DNA of 63,979 nt, filler included, from Choristocarpus tenellus KU-1152 (taxonomy: Eukaryota > Protista > Phaeophyceae), in assembly GCA_964200185.2 (NCBI GenBank). It is 10 parts of 10 records of this genome, joined end to end, with 100 filler letters (N's around TTAATTAATTAA, not from the genome) between each part and the next. Parts side by side here need not be neighbours in the genome. Positions count along the whole stretch, not along the records: positions 23,343 to 28,082 come from CAXNAD020013254.1; positions 28,183 to 31,800 come from CAXNAD020018927.1; positions 31,901 to 38,274 come from CAXNAD020008277.1; positions 38,375 to 41,982 come from CAXNAD020018986.1; 6 more parts are not named here. The stretch is one strand, 5' to 3'. Both the position numbers and the translations under genes were made by a program. The notes under the pieces were generated by a model that searched no databases, was not told the origin of the DNA, and saw only the letters and a program-made list of their open reading frames with translations. Shown piece after piece: positions 27,120-38,699 of the stretch (position 1 is the stretch's first letter; each line of letters begins with the position of its first letter).

Positions 27120-28182
27120 TCATGGCAGCGAGATGCTGAGATGTTTTGTGATGATTGGGGGACGTTGTATGCACCAGGAAGCGCAGTGTTGCGATTGAAA
27201 ATAGGACCAATAGACTACCTCTTTTTCGGTTCCACTTCTCGTAGTAAGGGCAAAACCGACATTCTCCTCCACACAATAAATATCCATAGATTTCAACTTG
27301 AGGCATACATTATTTACAATACCTTCCAATTTCTTCCAACTCCTGAAGAAACGGGAAAAACAAGAAGGAAAATTTCGTAACATGACCGATTTAAAGGAGA
27401 AAGATAAAAACACTTCTATCAGTACTCTACTCTATTTGTAGTCGTGAGAACTTCCTTTGACACCTCTTCCTACTGTAGAAGGGGTACGTTGTTGCACTAT
27501 ATAGGTAGAGTATTTCTGTGTGTACTACTACTACATACATATCAAATTCTTGTTTTTGTGTACGACTACTACATAGGTATATAACAGCCAATCACCAAAA
27601 TTGAGGATGGAGCATACTATGGAGGATGAGTTTGACCCAAAATGCTGCGCGGAAAGTGCCCATGTGTTTTGTTTTTGTAAATGTTGCAGCACTTTTGAAG
27701 GGCCCCACTACGAATGGGAATCCATCCCGAAGGTGGTAGTACGATAGTGTGTGGGGGGCGGCAATGATTTCGTTTGATCGTCGTGTACATGTATGCCCTG
27801 CGTTGGCTTCCTTGCTTATATAATTAGTGCGGTTGGTGGAGTCGTTTCACTGTCGATGGTGGAGGTGGTAGTAAATAATACCACTTCGAAGTAGTTTTTC
27901 GGGGCGGCGTTTCATTGTCACTATGGATGGCTGACTGACTGAGAAGAAGTTATTTTCCCATATTCTTTCCCATCAAGCGGGAATAAGGCCATTTCGGCGG
28001 GATTCAAGGACGAGCTTGCACGCGGCTGAGCATTGCGGAAGACAAAGACGGCGGTGGGGCGGTGGGGTTGGGGGGGGGGGAGNNNNNNNNNNNNNNNNNN
28101 NNNNNNNNNNNNNNNNNNNNNNNNNNTTAATTAATTAANNNNNNNNNNNNNNNNNNNNNNNNNNNNNNNNNNNNNNNNNNNN

Positions 28183-28206
28183 CTACCCTCTAAGATACTT
28201 TGGCTC
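28183..28206 (+). mobile_element. MITE family B, terminal fragment (contig start)
   Basis: CTACCCTCTAAGATACTTTGGCTC, the family B right TIR. Confidence 0.75.
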
Positions 28207-28260
28207 ATACCTTGCCCAAATGAAGAGCTGAATTCAAAATAAAAAAAGGGGGGTTATTAA

Positions 28261-28321
28261 ACACACACACATATGTATGTAGATGTATATGTATGTATGT
28301 ATGTATGTGTGTGTGTGTGTG
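28261..28321. repeat. Compound microsatellite (AC)n/(TATG)n/(TG)n
   Basis: Directly visible. Confidence 0.85.
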
Positions 28322-28716
28322 CATGTTTATAATAGTGCTTGACAGAGCCCAAAACAAAAACAAAAAATTATACAACCAAGTCAGACTATGTTTTGCCTAT
28401 GTACCATCGATCTTCAGAACGAGAAAAACGCCTACTCAACAGACTCGATACCGCACCTAAAACTTACAACAATAATAGCTCTCCTCTTACATGTATCTAG
28501 CCTAGCTCAACACCAACCCAACCCAGAGAGCAGCTGAAAAAAAGCCTTTAATCTATAACGCGTGCTCCAAACTTCCACCTACTTAGTAAAAGGAGAACAA
28601 CAAGGAAGCTGCCTTGTGCTGCAGAATATCAGTGCCTTCGGAATCCTCCAGTCAAGGGGCATTGGGCAAAACTGCTAAGGCAGCAAGGGTTGGGAGGGAA
28701 AACAATGCACCATTTT

Positions 28717-30132
28717 TCAGTACATCTGCTTGAGCGCCTGCATGCGACCCTTGCGCTGTGCCTTGCTGGTAACCTTGCCCGCATGCCTCTCGTTGTACTC
28801 TGTCCCTTGGGCTTTACCCTTGGCCCTCCTTCGCCTTTGTTTGGTGGTCATCTTTGACGCAGCCCTGCTGAGGTTGTTCTACACTCGGGTGGAGACAGAT
28901 AAGGGCAGGGATAAAAAAATACATTATTTACGTTACATTTCTTATTTAGGAGGGAGAGTTTCAGCACCGTAAAAAGCCTTGGTAACCTGGAGGGGTATGC
29001 TGTCATGAAGCTGCCAACAATTGTCCAGTTCCCTCGAATTGAGGACAAGCCAAATTGTTGGTTGGAATATAGTTTCTACATTACATTGATGAGAGATGTA
29101 CGACGCTACAGCAGTCCAATCATGGCAGTCAAATGATCAACCGTCGCAGAGAGTGGGTGCGTGGACAAACAGTTGACCTATTGAGATATCCACGTGTTCA
29201 GTCAAGAGGAGGAGGCAGGAGAGGAGCCAAGCGACGTTATCGACGCATAGGTTGACCTAGGTGACCTCGCAACCACAAAATGCAAAAAACGTTGCATAAG
29301 GCTATACTCTAATGGATAACAGGAATCTACCAATCGCGTTGCATCACTATGTCGTACGGTGGGGGTGATGCTCACATTGAACATGACCTGTTCAATGCGA
29401 AATAAAATATCACCTTCCTCAAGTGCCGCTCATCCGCTGAAGCCTCGTCCACGGCAAGGTCCCCCAATCCAATGGCACGTGATAGACCAACCCCATTTCC
29501 AGCCCCCACAGGGACGGAACCATTTGCAGGCGCACTTGGATTACTCCCCTCCTCCATGTGTTGCCTGTATAGGGATCGGTTTGAAAAGGAGAGATTTCAG
29601 CGGCGATATTGGAAGGCAATGCCAGCCGAAATTACAAGTGCCATTGATCAAAGGCTGTACCCTCTTTGACAAAGGAAACTGTTGTACTGGGCAGTATCAC
29701 CTAACCAGAGTACCAGAATGAAATATTAAAGTTGACAAATTTGCTGCGATGTGGATTGAGCATTGCTAGGATTCCCGGGGAGCTATATGGTAGAAAAGGT
29801 TACAAACATTCCCACAGGTGAATTCGCGGGTCTACTCACTGGGCCATCTGCTGGCGTCGAAAATGCAATAAAGCTTGCGAAGCAGACAATTTGCCATCGC
29901 CCACCCCTCCCCCTGAGTCATCTTTGCTGACATCAAGGGTTGCGAACAAGTGCTTCATATCGTTGTTTGAGGGGTCAATCGGGTCCATTCCAGGTTGTGC
30001 CACTGCAGGTGAGGACGATTCTAGGATAGAGAGACCACCACCCAGAGCTGCCCTCAGGTTGAAAGACGGCACTTCCCCTTCCCTTTCACCATACTGGTTA
30101 GCTCCCTCCAGCATACTAACAGGTCGATACAC
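28717..30132 (-). CDS. Hypothetical protein, probable last exons (basic C-terminus)
   Basis: Terminal exon 28878-28717 (NNLSRAASKMTTKQRRRRAKGKAQGTEYNERHAGKVTSKAQRKGRMQALKQMY*) after a TAG acceptor. Coding-like exon ~30132-29840 is flanked by CAG and GTGAGT. The phases do not join directly, so the model is incomplete. Confidence 0.45.
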
Positions 30133-30297
30133 CTGACTGATACCACAGATCACAGAACATACACCAGTCTTTCGTGTCGTCTTTTAAACGTGGTGACGTG
30201 ACAAAAAACCTGGTGACACCAGTGTCCTTAAAGTAGTGTTATGAGTTGATAACGTGGAACCCTCGCCACACCATTTCTTGGGTTTTTCTAAATTTGA

Positions 30298-30342
30298 GTA
30301 AGGGTAAAGGGTAAGGCTAGGGTTAGGGTTAGGGTTAGGGTT
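30298..30342 (+). repeat. Interstitial telomeric repeat with degenerate 5' units
   Basis: GTAAGGGTAAAGGGTAAGGCTAGGG(TTAGGG)3. Confidence 0.9.
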
Positions 30343-30791
30343 TATTGCTTTCCTTTCCCTTCCAATTCATCCAAAAAAGTTGAGTGGAGGTTACAGGTAA
30401 CATATCCCCTCCCATTACTCATTTTGAACAGATACAAAACACTACATTCAACCATGACATGCGTGTAGGGGGTACCAACACGAAGACATCCATACACACT
30501 CCACAATAGTAGTAAAAGTTGTTCTAACTACATCCATTCTGTCATATATGTTTGTAGGAAGGAAAGTTTTGAAGAAAGGTGCATAATCCATGTATGTATG
30601 TGGTCAGGAGGTCAGTGTCAAGTTTGTCCGAATCCCCACAGACTTACTTGCTACCTACCAATATACTTGGTGTTGGCTGTGACCGAGAAGGGGTTATAGA
30701 TGAAATTGTCCCAGAGATGGGGAAGGACACCTGTTCCAACTCCTTTCCACTATTTCAGTAATTGTATATTTCTGTGTCGATATCAGTTGAA

Positions 30792-31208
30792 GTGGACAGT
30801 AGAACCCCACTGTCTTCGGGAACCCCCATTGTCCTTGAGGAACCCCAATAATGGTCATACTTTTTTAACTTCTTCATACAAAGTTCAGGATTATTTTTCA
30901 CACGCAGGTTAGGGATAGGTTTAGGGCTAAGGTTAGATTCTGAAAAATGATTGTGAAAAATAGGAAAGGTAGTGGATCCTTCAGATGTTATGGTTTCCCA
31001 GAACACTATACTCCACCCCTTTAGTTAGAGTGATTCCTTAGTTAGGTTATGGATATTTAAAACACAAGTTAGGGTTAGAGTTTGTGGTTAGAGATAGGGT
31101 TAGATTTTCCAAAATGCGTGCCAAAAAGCGAGAAGGTTGGACAATATTACCACAGGAATTGCACAAGGCAGTGGGGGTTCCCGAAGACAGGAGGGTTCCC
31201 GTGTACAC
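30792..31208. mobile_element. TIR element family E (copy 2, duplicated internal module)
   Basis: ~45-bp imperfect inverted repeats with core CTGTCTTCGGGAACCCCCA / TGGGGGTTCCCGAAGACAG. Interior similar to copy 1, with two degenerate TTAGGG tracts. Confidence 0.72.
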
Positions 31209-31280
31209 CGCACCGTATCGGTTTTGAGGAACACCACCGAAAAGTTCAAAGAAAGGGAGATGGAGAAGGAGTTCATCTGC

Positions 31281-31500
31281 TTCAATTACGTAACTGGAAG
31301 ATGGCAGGAGAAGAGCCCAACTTCAACCACCCCCATGGTCCTGAGAAAAGCAATAGAGTGGGATTCCTGGCAAGAAGAAAAATCTAGGTTAAGTTTCAAC
31401 TATCAGACTCGAAGATGGGGTAGGAAATGAGCCCAACTTCAACCACTCCCCGGGTCTGAAAAAACGGAACAGTGAGATTCCTGAACAGGAGAATGAGACT
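31281..31500. repeat. Imperfect 114-bp tandem duplication
   Basis: TTCAA.TA...ACT.GAAGATGG...GAGCCCAACTTCAACCAC.CCC...GATTCCTG occurs at 31281 and 31395. Confidence 0.8.
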
Positions 31501-31732
31501 GAAGGGGAGTCTCCTACTTTTGCTGGATTTGCTTATTATTAGGAATCAACCAGGCCAACAACCCATGCCTTTCAAGTGTTTGCACAATGAGGCAGGAACC
31601 TACACGAAGGGTAGCTCAATTGCAGATAAAGTCGATGAAGTCAAAGAGGGAAATCTCACTCTAGTATAGTGTATGATTCCAACCCTCTTATTCCTGTGTT
31701 GTGCTCTGCCCTTTGCCTTCAATGTCAAAGCT

Positions 31733-31800
31733 GGCTCAAGTATCCGGGGGGGGGGGGTGGCAGCTGTCCATTCAGGGCCAATTTTTTTATGTCGTGTTTT
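31733..31800 (-). mobile_element. MITE family A, partial (contig end)
   Basis: GGCTCAAGTATCCGGGG...GGCAGCTGTCCATTCAGGG. Confidence 0.8.
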
Positions 31801-31900
31801 NNNNNNNNNNNNNNNNNNNNNNNNNNNNNNNNNNNNNNNNNNNNTTAATTAATTAANNNNNNNNNNNNNNNNNNNNNNNNNNNNNNNNNNNNNNNNNNNN

Positions 31901-31926
31901 CCCCCCCCTCTCAGATACTTTGGGTC
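31901..31926 (-). mobile_element. MITE family A, terminal fragment (contig start)
   Basis: CCCCCCCCTCTCAGATACTTTGGGTC, a family A TIR. Confidence 0.7.
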
Positions 31927-31929
31927 ATT

Positions 31930-33330
31930 GGAATTTCCCGAGGGGTGCATGCAGGCAAAATATCGAAGGCATAAACCATCCAACACTTAGTCGTCCATGC
32001 TTCGTGCTCGCTTCCTGGCACAGACTCCTTCTTCTTTAACATTACCTACAAACAGATTTAGTAACGGTATTGGTGGAAAACAGATATCAACTCTGGGACA
32101 ACAGCTAAAGCACTGTCTACCATTCTTGTTTGGCTCGAAGAATCTGATCGAGGTCAAATATTTGGTGCATAGAGTGTTAGCAAAGACAAACAACTCACCG
32201 AACTTATGCATCCAATGTTTGAGGTCAGGTTCGAGGTAGCTTGAGGGTCGAGACCACCAGTAGTACGTAGGCCTGGAGTATGCCTAATTTGAAGTCTTCT
32301 AGAAGAAAATTCTAGACTAGATTTTGGTGGAGGGACTTGTTCGATTAGACTCTTCCAACTCTGTCGGGCATTTACGGTAAAATATGTATGGAGTAAAGGA
32401 ACAATCAATTAGTGGTTGAGTTATCAGAACCTTTTACTAGTGATTAGTTGTATGAGAAAAATTATCATATAAAAGGAAATATTTCTGATTTTATTGGGGT
32501 GCTGTATGCCCCACGTTACTTTAATCACTCTACAGACACCAAGCAATCTCGCTGGGTTTATCACCTTTATCCTCTTTGATGATTTGGGAGATAATTTAAC
32601 AGGACTTACCCGAAGTTTGTTCGTTGGACTTGCAACTCTCGTCCAGGACCTTGAACCCATTGCCAGATTGGGATGTCATATTGCGGGGGACCTGTACCTG
32701 GGTTGAGCACCCACTGTCCCATCTTGCTCAAAGCAAACCATCTAGGGTGCCGCCAATCAAACAAGTTGTCGAAATACTGGTGTTTCTCCCTGATGTCCCT
32801 GTTGGACTGTGTGCTGTCTAAAGTGCGTCAGTGATCTTTCCTTTATCCTACTCATTCTTTCTATTTTTCTTTTTGTCTTTGCCTACGTCTTTGGTTGAGG
32901 TGTCCATGAGAAGGATCTCGTGTTTGATGGCTTCCCTTTGATGCAATCAATCTTGGCGGAGTTCACAATCATCAATTACATCAAAGGGGTATGGCTTCAC
33001 CCAAACCTCAAAAGGCTCACAACCATCAAATCTTGGGATAAACTTGAGTTGATCACAGATCCGATGTTGGCATCATATCATCATAAGCGTCAACAGCAAG
33101 TGGTGCGGGAATATTCAGGACATCTCTGTGATCGATGTTCTTGTGAAAGTCACCAATGCCAAGGAGAAGTTTGTGTGTGGAAACGGATTTGACTGACATC
33201 AGCTCCCAACAGGAACAAAATGCCATTCTGACACACTGGTTTGTTCCCACACCTCGCGAATTTGATGATCCTCGCTTCCAAGCTCGAAACGTTCGACCTG
33301 CCCTTCCAAAAAAGTTGGACCTATCAAATA
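31930..33330 (-). mobile_element. Decayed DIRS/Ngaro-like retrotransposon RT-RH-MT fragment
   Basis: ORF 32211-31987 has ELF...FPPIPLLNLFVGNVKEEG, resembling the DIRS MT-like domain (DLFA...FPP..LI..VL.K). RT/RH-like degenerate motifs lie upstream; interrupted by repeat family D. Confidence 0.45.
32338..32447 (+). repeat. Interspersed repeat family D (copy 1)
   Basis: Reverse-complement match to 42083-42191 (CTCTTCCAACTC, AATTAGTGGTTGAG, ATCAGAACCTTTTACTAGTGATTAG). Confidence 0.8.
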
Positions 33331-34965
33331 ATATGTGTAATATATTATTATTGTGTTTGACAGGAGGTGTGACTATTGAACAGCAACATTCAGAACAGAA
33401 TCATTGACCTAGTACATTTTTTTACTCTTTTTACTTTTCGATCTGAAAAATATATATAATATATATCTTGCATAAATGAACAAGCAACAGCCAGCAAACA
33501 ACTGAGTAGTTGTGTTGCAGGGAATAATTCCTCCTGTTTTTATGTAGTATTCGCCATGCATTTGCGACATAGGTACCTATTCACCATACGTAAGTGGTAG
33601 GCCAGCAATGTGCGTACATACATAAATGTGAAGCACAGAAGATGGACAGACCGAGTGGGATCAACACACACAACTACTGTGACAACAGCAACAAGTACAT
33701 TACAACCAAGTATCTACCAAGACACCACCTCAAACAAAGAAAGCCAAAGTACGACTTGACTCAGGAGGCACCACAAACAACCCAGCGCAACAGTCATGAT
33801 GACTATCCTTACAACTTACCCTACAGGGCAACATTACCGTCTTCTCCAAGAAATGATTATAACGGCAACAGCTAAAAGGAGGAGTCTATTATACCCCTAC
33901 CTGTTGCACGATGTACTTACTGTCTATACCACTTGCAGTGTGCATTGCTAAAATTGCGTGACACACAACTGACAACCTCTCCTACCTTTCCCTTTCCCCA
34001 CTCGCCATTCATTCCCACCTATAACCCATTGCTCCAGTTCTTTTCCCAACACAAAAAAATCATAACCAAAAGTGTGCAACCAGAACAATGACATCATTGC
34101 ACATGTATGTTGACACAAAATTCGCGAGAAAAAAAATCAGCGCTCTTTGCCTTCCCCACCATGCTCCTTTTCCTCCACCCCCCTGTCTGGGTTCTTTTTA
34201 CAATAAAAAAGGTACTCCATACTTCTCTAGTACGAGAAAAAGAGTACAACCCATACATGAAACATGGAGGAATCTGCTTGTTTGTTCGTGTCATTTGCTC
34301 CCAAGAAAACAAATATACACCTCAAAAAAGACAGTTTACTCTTACCAATAGGCCATACAATAGGGAGCTATCATGAGTGTCCCAACCATCCCACTTGAAA
34401 TAAAAACACAGTAGGCTACATACAGAACCCTGACTGGTCACATCTAACAATCCGTCCTGAGTGCAGAGAGAAGAATCCTCTCCTCCCCCCTCCTCCCCTC
34501 CTCGCCCCTCCAAGGAGGACGCCCCTATCTCCCCCCTTCCCTTATTTATTCCTCCCAAAAAACATCTAAGACATCGACAATGATCCAGAGGGTATGAGAC
34601 CCCTATAAATGACCCAAAGGGTATCACCCCAGACACCCTCATGCCAATGAATGATACATAACTGGCAACAAATTGCAGCATGACAACAACAGGAAAAAAA
34701 TGAAAAACCTAGGCACCCTTGCCCATTCCCGCCTTTTGCCTCTTCCCATCATACCATAAAAAATCTGAAAAATTAGAAAAGGCAGATGGAGGGAGAAGGG
34801 GACCCCTCTACCGTCAGAACAACCTACCTCCTCAGTCAAGTGTAATATTGTCACCAAAAGATACTCTTGCTTATGATAATCAAACAAAGCCCAAACAGCA
34901 TCTTCCTCAACAGCTACAGCAGCAGCAGCAGCAGCAGCAGCTGGTAAAAGCCACTATAAACTGCA

Positions 34966-37518
34966 TCAAGCAGCAGTATCCACTCCAGTCCACGGTGCAA
35001 GCACCCTAAGTGGTGGTTCCGAAACAGTAGGAGAACTGTCGCAGTAGTCAGTATCCTCCTCCACCACCGGCTCAAGGTTAGAACCAATAGACCTCACAGA
35101 GTTGGACCGTGACCTCGAGGACCGCCTTCGTCTCCTCCGCCCACGCCTCTTGGAGCGGGGATTTTCCATCTGTTGCCCGCCTCTACTCAAACCTCCTTGG
35201 ATCCCTTGGTGTACACTGGAATTGTCTCCCACACCTGAAGGAACACCCAAACGTCGTCTGGGTGGATAGCTCATCCTGTTGCCTCCACCTCGCCTAATAA
35301 CAGTAGCAACAACATGATCAGTAGCAGGGTTCCCTCCATCGCTTGCGTTGCCCTCACTCCCCCCCACGTAGTTATTGATTCCTCCAGCAGGATTACCGCC
35401 AGTCTCCACCATTCCTTGTGAGGAAGCCATTGCCATTGCAGCAATGACATCATCTGCAGCAGCAGCAGCCTCAATTGCAGCAGCCGAGGTGTGTGTTGGC
35501 AACAGCTCCCTACTCGTCATGATGTTCTGCCTCCTTCTGTTAGAGGAAGTACCAGATACAGGCCTTGGACCACGACCGCTGTGAGTACCAGCACAACCTT
35601 CACTCCCAGCCTGGCCCACCTCCTGGAACCCATACATCTGCAGTGGGTCTTGGTTCAACAACCCGACAGTTGTAGTGTCCTCTTGGGACACTCTTCTCTT
35701 CGTGGAAGCTTCACCTTCCACCGGAAGTGATCTCGTGATGGCGTCAGCACTGACCATAGTAGCAATACTTGAGGGGAACCTAGGGACCTCATTCACTATC
35801 ACCTGTGGCCTGAATATGGCTTGTGGCATACGACTGGTTCTACCTTGTTGTTTCTCCTCTGTGCTTTGCTCAGTAGCCTCAAACTGCTCTACAGTATTGG
35901 GAGTTGATTGGGGTACTAGCTTCTCAGAGGACTGCAAGGTGTTAGAATGCCTGCTCTGTGAAAATTTATCCCCTACACTGATCTCAGGGTCGCCACCAGA
36001 GCCATTATGGAGGTGGTCACCAGACCTCTCCCCATCCCTTTGACCTCTCCGAATAGTTGGAGTATTGATGGACCCTTGCACAATCTCTTTGCTAACAGTA
36101 ACCTCTCGGAAACCATAGAACTGGAGGGCGTCTGCCACAGCTGCTTCTGGTCCTCCATATAAGCCAGATACACTGGACTGGCTACGGGCATGGCTCACCC
36201 TCCCCGTCATTGTTGTGACAGTTGTGTTCAACCCCTTTGCACAGGTGACCACAGCACCTGGGCCATCCTTCTGTGGCAGGGACTTGGACCTAAGATACAG
36301 GACATCTGCTGTTCTGGAGGGATCTCTGGATAAGGGGGCCCTGGGGCTACACCCCGAGCTGGAAGGAGTCCCACGCTCAGCCTTAACACTGTTAGAAATA
36401 GAATAGCCATGTTTCACTTCATAGCAGCTGTCACATGACGAGGGCACTGATCTGAGCACATCTGGAGGGTTTGGAATTTTGGAACATGCATTATCCATTT
36501 CAGTTCTTCTTGATCCCATCCCCACCCAAGGAAGCTGCGGTTTTTCTCCCTCTCCAAGCTGGCTGCTGCCTCCCACAATATACTGTTGGCGACCACCCTG
36601 ATTACCACTCCCCTGAAAATCTTTATCCTGTCCCCCCTCAATGCCACTTGCAACAACAGTGGCGTCACTTTCCGAGGCAGACCCATCCACCTTCCCTCCT
36701 CTTCGCACCTGATTGTTGGGAGGGTAAGCCACCCTTTGACGTTCTTCCAACTCTCCCTCTTCCTTACAATCGAAGTCCCATGTCTGAGAGCCAGACAAAT
36801 GTTTTGAAATTGATGCCCTTCTTTCACTTAACTCAGCAAAACTGTGGGAGCACCTCTCTGAAGACTGACCCCTCATTTCCAATCTCCCTTCGCTCCTACC
36901 AGACCCACCGCTCCCTCCACTACTAACGGACCAGAAGCTTCCAGAAGAATAACCACTCGACAACGATTTGCTCGCGCTTGACTGTGTGCTCCCCAGAGAT
37001 GATGCTCTGGGCCCTATCGAGGCTGCCCTAGGGCCAACATTCCCCCCGTCCAATGACAAAAGACTCTTTGCTGTCATCCTCCAGTTCATGTTTCCCCCCG
37101 AGGAGCTTGAACGCAAAGAGCTTGTGGGTGAAGGTGGTGAACCATTCTCTCCTAACCCTGAACCTGAAGCAGATCCCATTGACCCTTGCCTCCTGTAGCT
37201 TTCAACAACCACAGCACTCTGCTGGGATAAACACCGGTCTTCTCGCCTGTCTCCCCCCTCACACCCACTCTCTTCTGCCCTCCCTTGAGTGCTAATTGTC
37301 CTCTTCAGACCACGGTTTCGCTGGAGGATGTGACCGGACCTCCTCCAATGGGGGATTGGGTCAACGCTGTTGTCGACACCATCTCTGGAGCTGTCTGCCT
37401 TTGCCACAAAGCCATCGCGGAGATAGACCTCACCCCTGGCCTTGCTGTCAATCCCACTCCCAGTGCTGGCGCCAGTGGTGCTGTGAGTACTGGACTGCTT
37501 CGACATGGACATGGCACC
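34966..37518 (-). CDS. Large terminal exon encoding an ~850-aa Ser/Gly/Arg-rich, probably disordered region of an unknown protein
   Basis: Uninterrupted 854-codon ORF, the only long ORF in the window. Begins just after a CAG acceptor (37519-37521). No recognisable domain; contains the basic stretch RSKRRGRRRRRRSSRSRS. Confidence 0.75.
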   Translation of the reverse strand, partial: GAMSMSKQSSTHSTTGASTGSGIDSKARGEVYLRDGFVAKADSSRDGVDNSVDPIPHWRRSGHILQRNRGLKRTISTQGRAEESGCEGGDRREDRCLSQQSAVVVESYRRQGSMGSASGSGLGENGSPPSPTSSLRSSSSGGNMNWRMTAKSLLSLDGGNVGPRAASIGPRASSLGSTQSSASKSLSSGYSSGSFWSVSSGGSGGSGRSEGRLEMRGQSSERCSHSFAELSERRASISKHLSGSQTWDFDCKEEGELEERQRVAYPPNNQVRRGGKVDGSASESDATVVASGIEGGQDKDFQGSGNQGGRQQYIVGGSSQLGEGEKPQLPWVGMGSRRTEMDNACSKIPNPPDVLRSVPSSCDSCYEVKHGYSISNSVKAERGTPSSSGCSPRAPLSRDPSRTADVLYLRSKSLPQKDGPGAVVTCAKGLNTTVTTMTGRVSHARSQSSVSGLYGGPEAAVADALQFYGFREVTVSKEIVQGSINTPTIRRGQRDGERSGDHLHNGSGGDPEISVGDKFSQSRHSNTLQSSEKLVPQSTPNTVEQFEATEQSTEEKQQGRTSRMPQAIFRPQVIVNEVPRFPSSIATMVSADAITRSLPVEGEASTKRRVSQEDTTTVGLLNQDPLQMYGFQEVGQAGSEGCAGTHSGRGPRPVSGTSSNRRRQNIMTSRELLPTHTSAAAIEAAAAADDVIAAMAMASSQGMVETGGNPAGGINNYVGGSEGNASDGGNPATDHVVATVIRRGGGNRMSYPPRRRLGVPSGVGDNSSVHQGIQGGLSRGGQQMENPRSKRRGRRRRRRSSRSRSNSVRSIGSNLEPVVEEDTDYCDSSPTVSEPPLRVLAPWTGVDTAA

Positions 37519-37871
37519 CTGTAAGCACAAGGGTTAGGGTTTGGGGAGGGATATATAGGCATGCTTGTTATCTTCAAGTTGTACTGAGATGACCGTTAGG
37601 GGAGATCACAACAATTGCTACATACACTCCAATCATATCATAATTGCTCATTGCTACTGTGAATTTATTCTGGGCTCAAGGAAATGAAGTGCTTTACTAT
37701 GGAACAATCTGTATCAACATTTGATCTAATTTCTATCACTTCCTGAAATATGTTGGTTCCATCACACCCACACCTAAGCCCCAACCCAAAACCTAGCCTG
37801 ATGCAGGACATTTGTAAGAAGACAAATCGCTCTTGGTTCTTACCCACAAAAACCACAACCAATACAATAAC

Positions 37872-38134
37872 GAGTCAAAGTATCTTAGGGTTAGGGTAGA
37901 GTCGTGTCCATTTGGGGACCAAAATCCAATGTTGCAATTTTGATGTAATTTTGGCTGTCATGTTTGTAAGGAGATGTCAATATCCTTGTTCCAGACACTA
38001 CTTTTCATAACGTACACATTTTACCTACTCTGAAACATTTTGGAGTAGGTAAATTGTTATAATCAACCCATGGGAAGCCAAGCCCCAAAGGGACAAACAG
38101 GGCAAAACTCGTACTCTCTAAGGTAATTTCACTC
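37872..38134 (-). mobile_element. MITE family B with (TTAGGG)2 in one TIR
   Basis: GAGTCAAAGTATCTTAGGGTTAGGGTA...TACTCTCTAAGGTAATTTCACTC; flanks TAAC/TGAC. Confidence 0.9.
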
Positions 38135-38374
38135 TGACCACAAATAACACACTCTTCGACACAATGAATGAGCATAAGTACCATCACACAGAAATAGGCA
38201 AAAGGAAAGCCCTAAAGGGACCTCCAACAATTACTGCTAAACATAGAAAAAAAACTCCTTCACACCAACCCCCCNNNNNNNNNNNNNNNNNNNNNNNNNN
38301 NNNNNNNNNNNNNNNNNNTTAATTAATTAANNNNNNNNNNNNNNNNNNNNNNNNNNNNNNNNNNNNNNNNNNNN

Positions 38375-38623
38375 TAGAGCCGCGTCCATTTGGGGGCAAA
38401 ATCCAATGTTGCGATTTTGATTTAATTTTGGCTATCGTGTTTGTTAGGAAGTGTCAAATATCCATATTTTCGGACACTCCTATATATAGCATAACATAAC
38501 ATATACACTTTACCTATTCCTAAACATTTTGGAGTAGGAAAATGCCATAAAAGAACCCATGGGAAGCCAAGCCCCAAATGGACAAACATGGCAAAACTCG
38601 TACCCTCTAAGATACTTTCACTC
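38375..38623 (-). mobile_element. MITE family B, partial (contig start)
   Basis: Internal B sequence ending TACCCTCTAAGATACTTTCACTC. Confidence 0.9.
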
Positions 38624-38699
38624 GACCGCTTTGTCCTATACCGTAGGCATGATTAGGGTTATGTCAGTTAATACCACTCTGGAGTTGAGGTAGTAGTCA

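Noticed and set aside
31733-31926. One family A MITE spanning the spacer, which would imply truly adjacent contigs
   Set aside because: Orientation and size are compatible, but the flanks GCT vs ATT do not form a TSD, and genes do not continue across other spacers.
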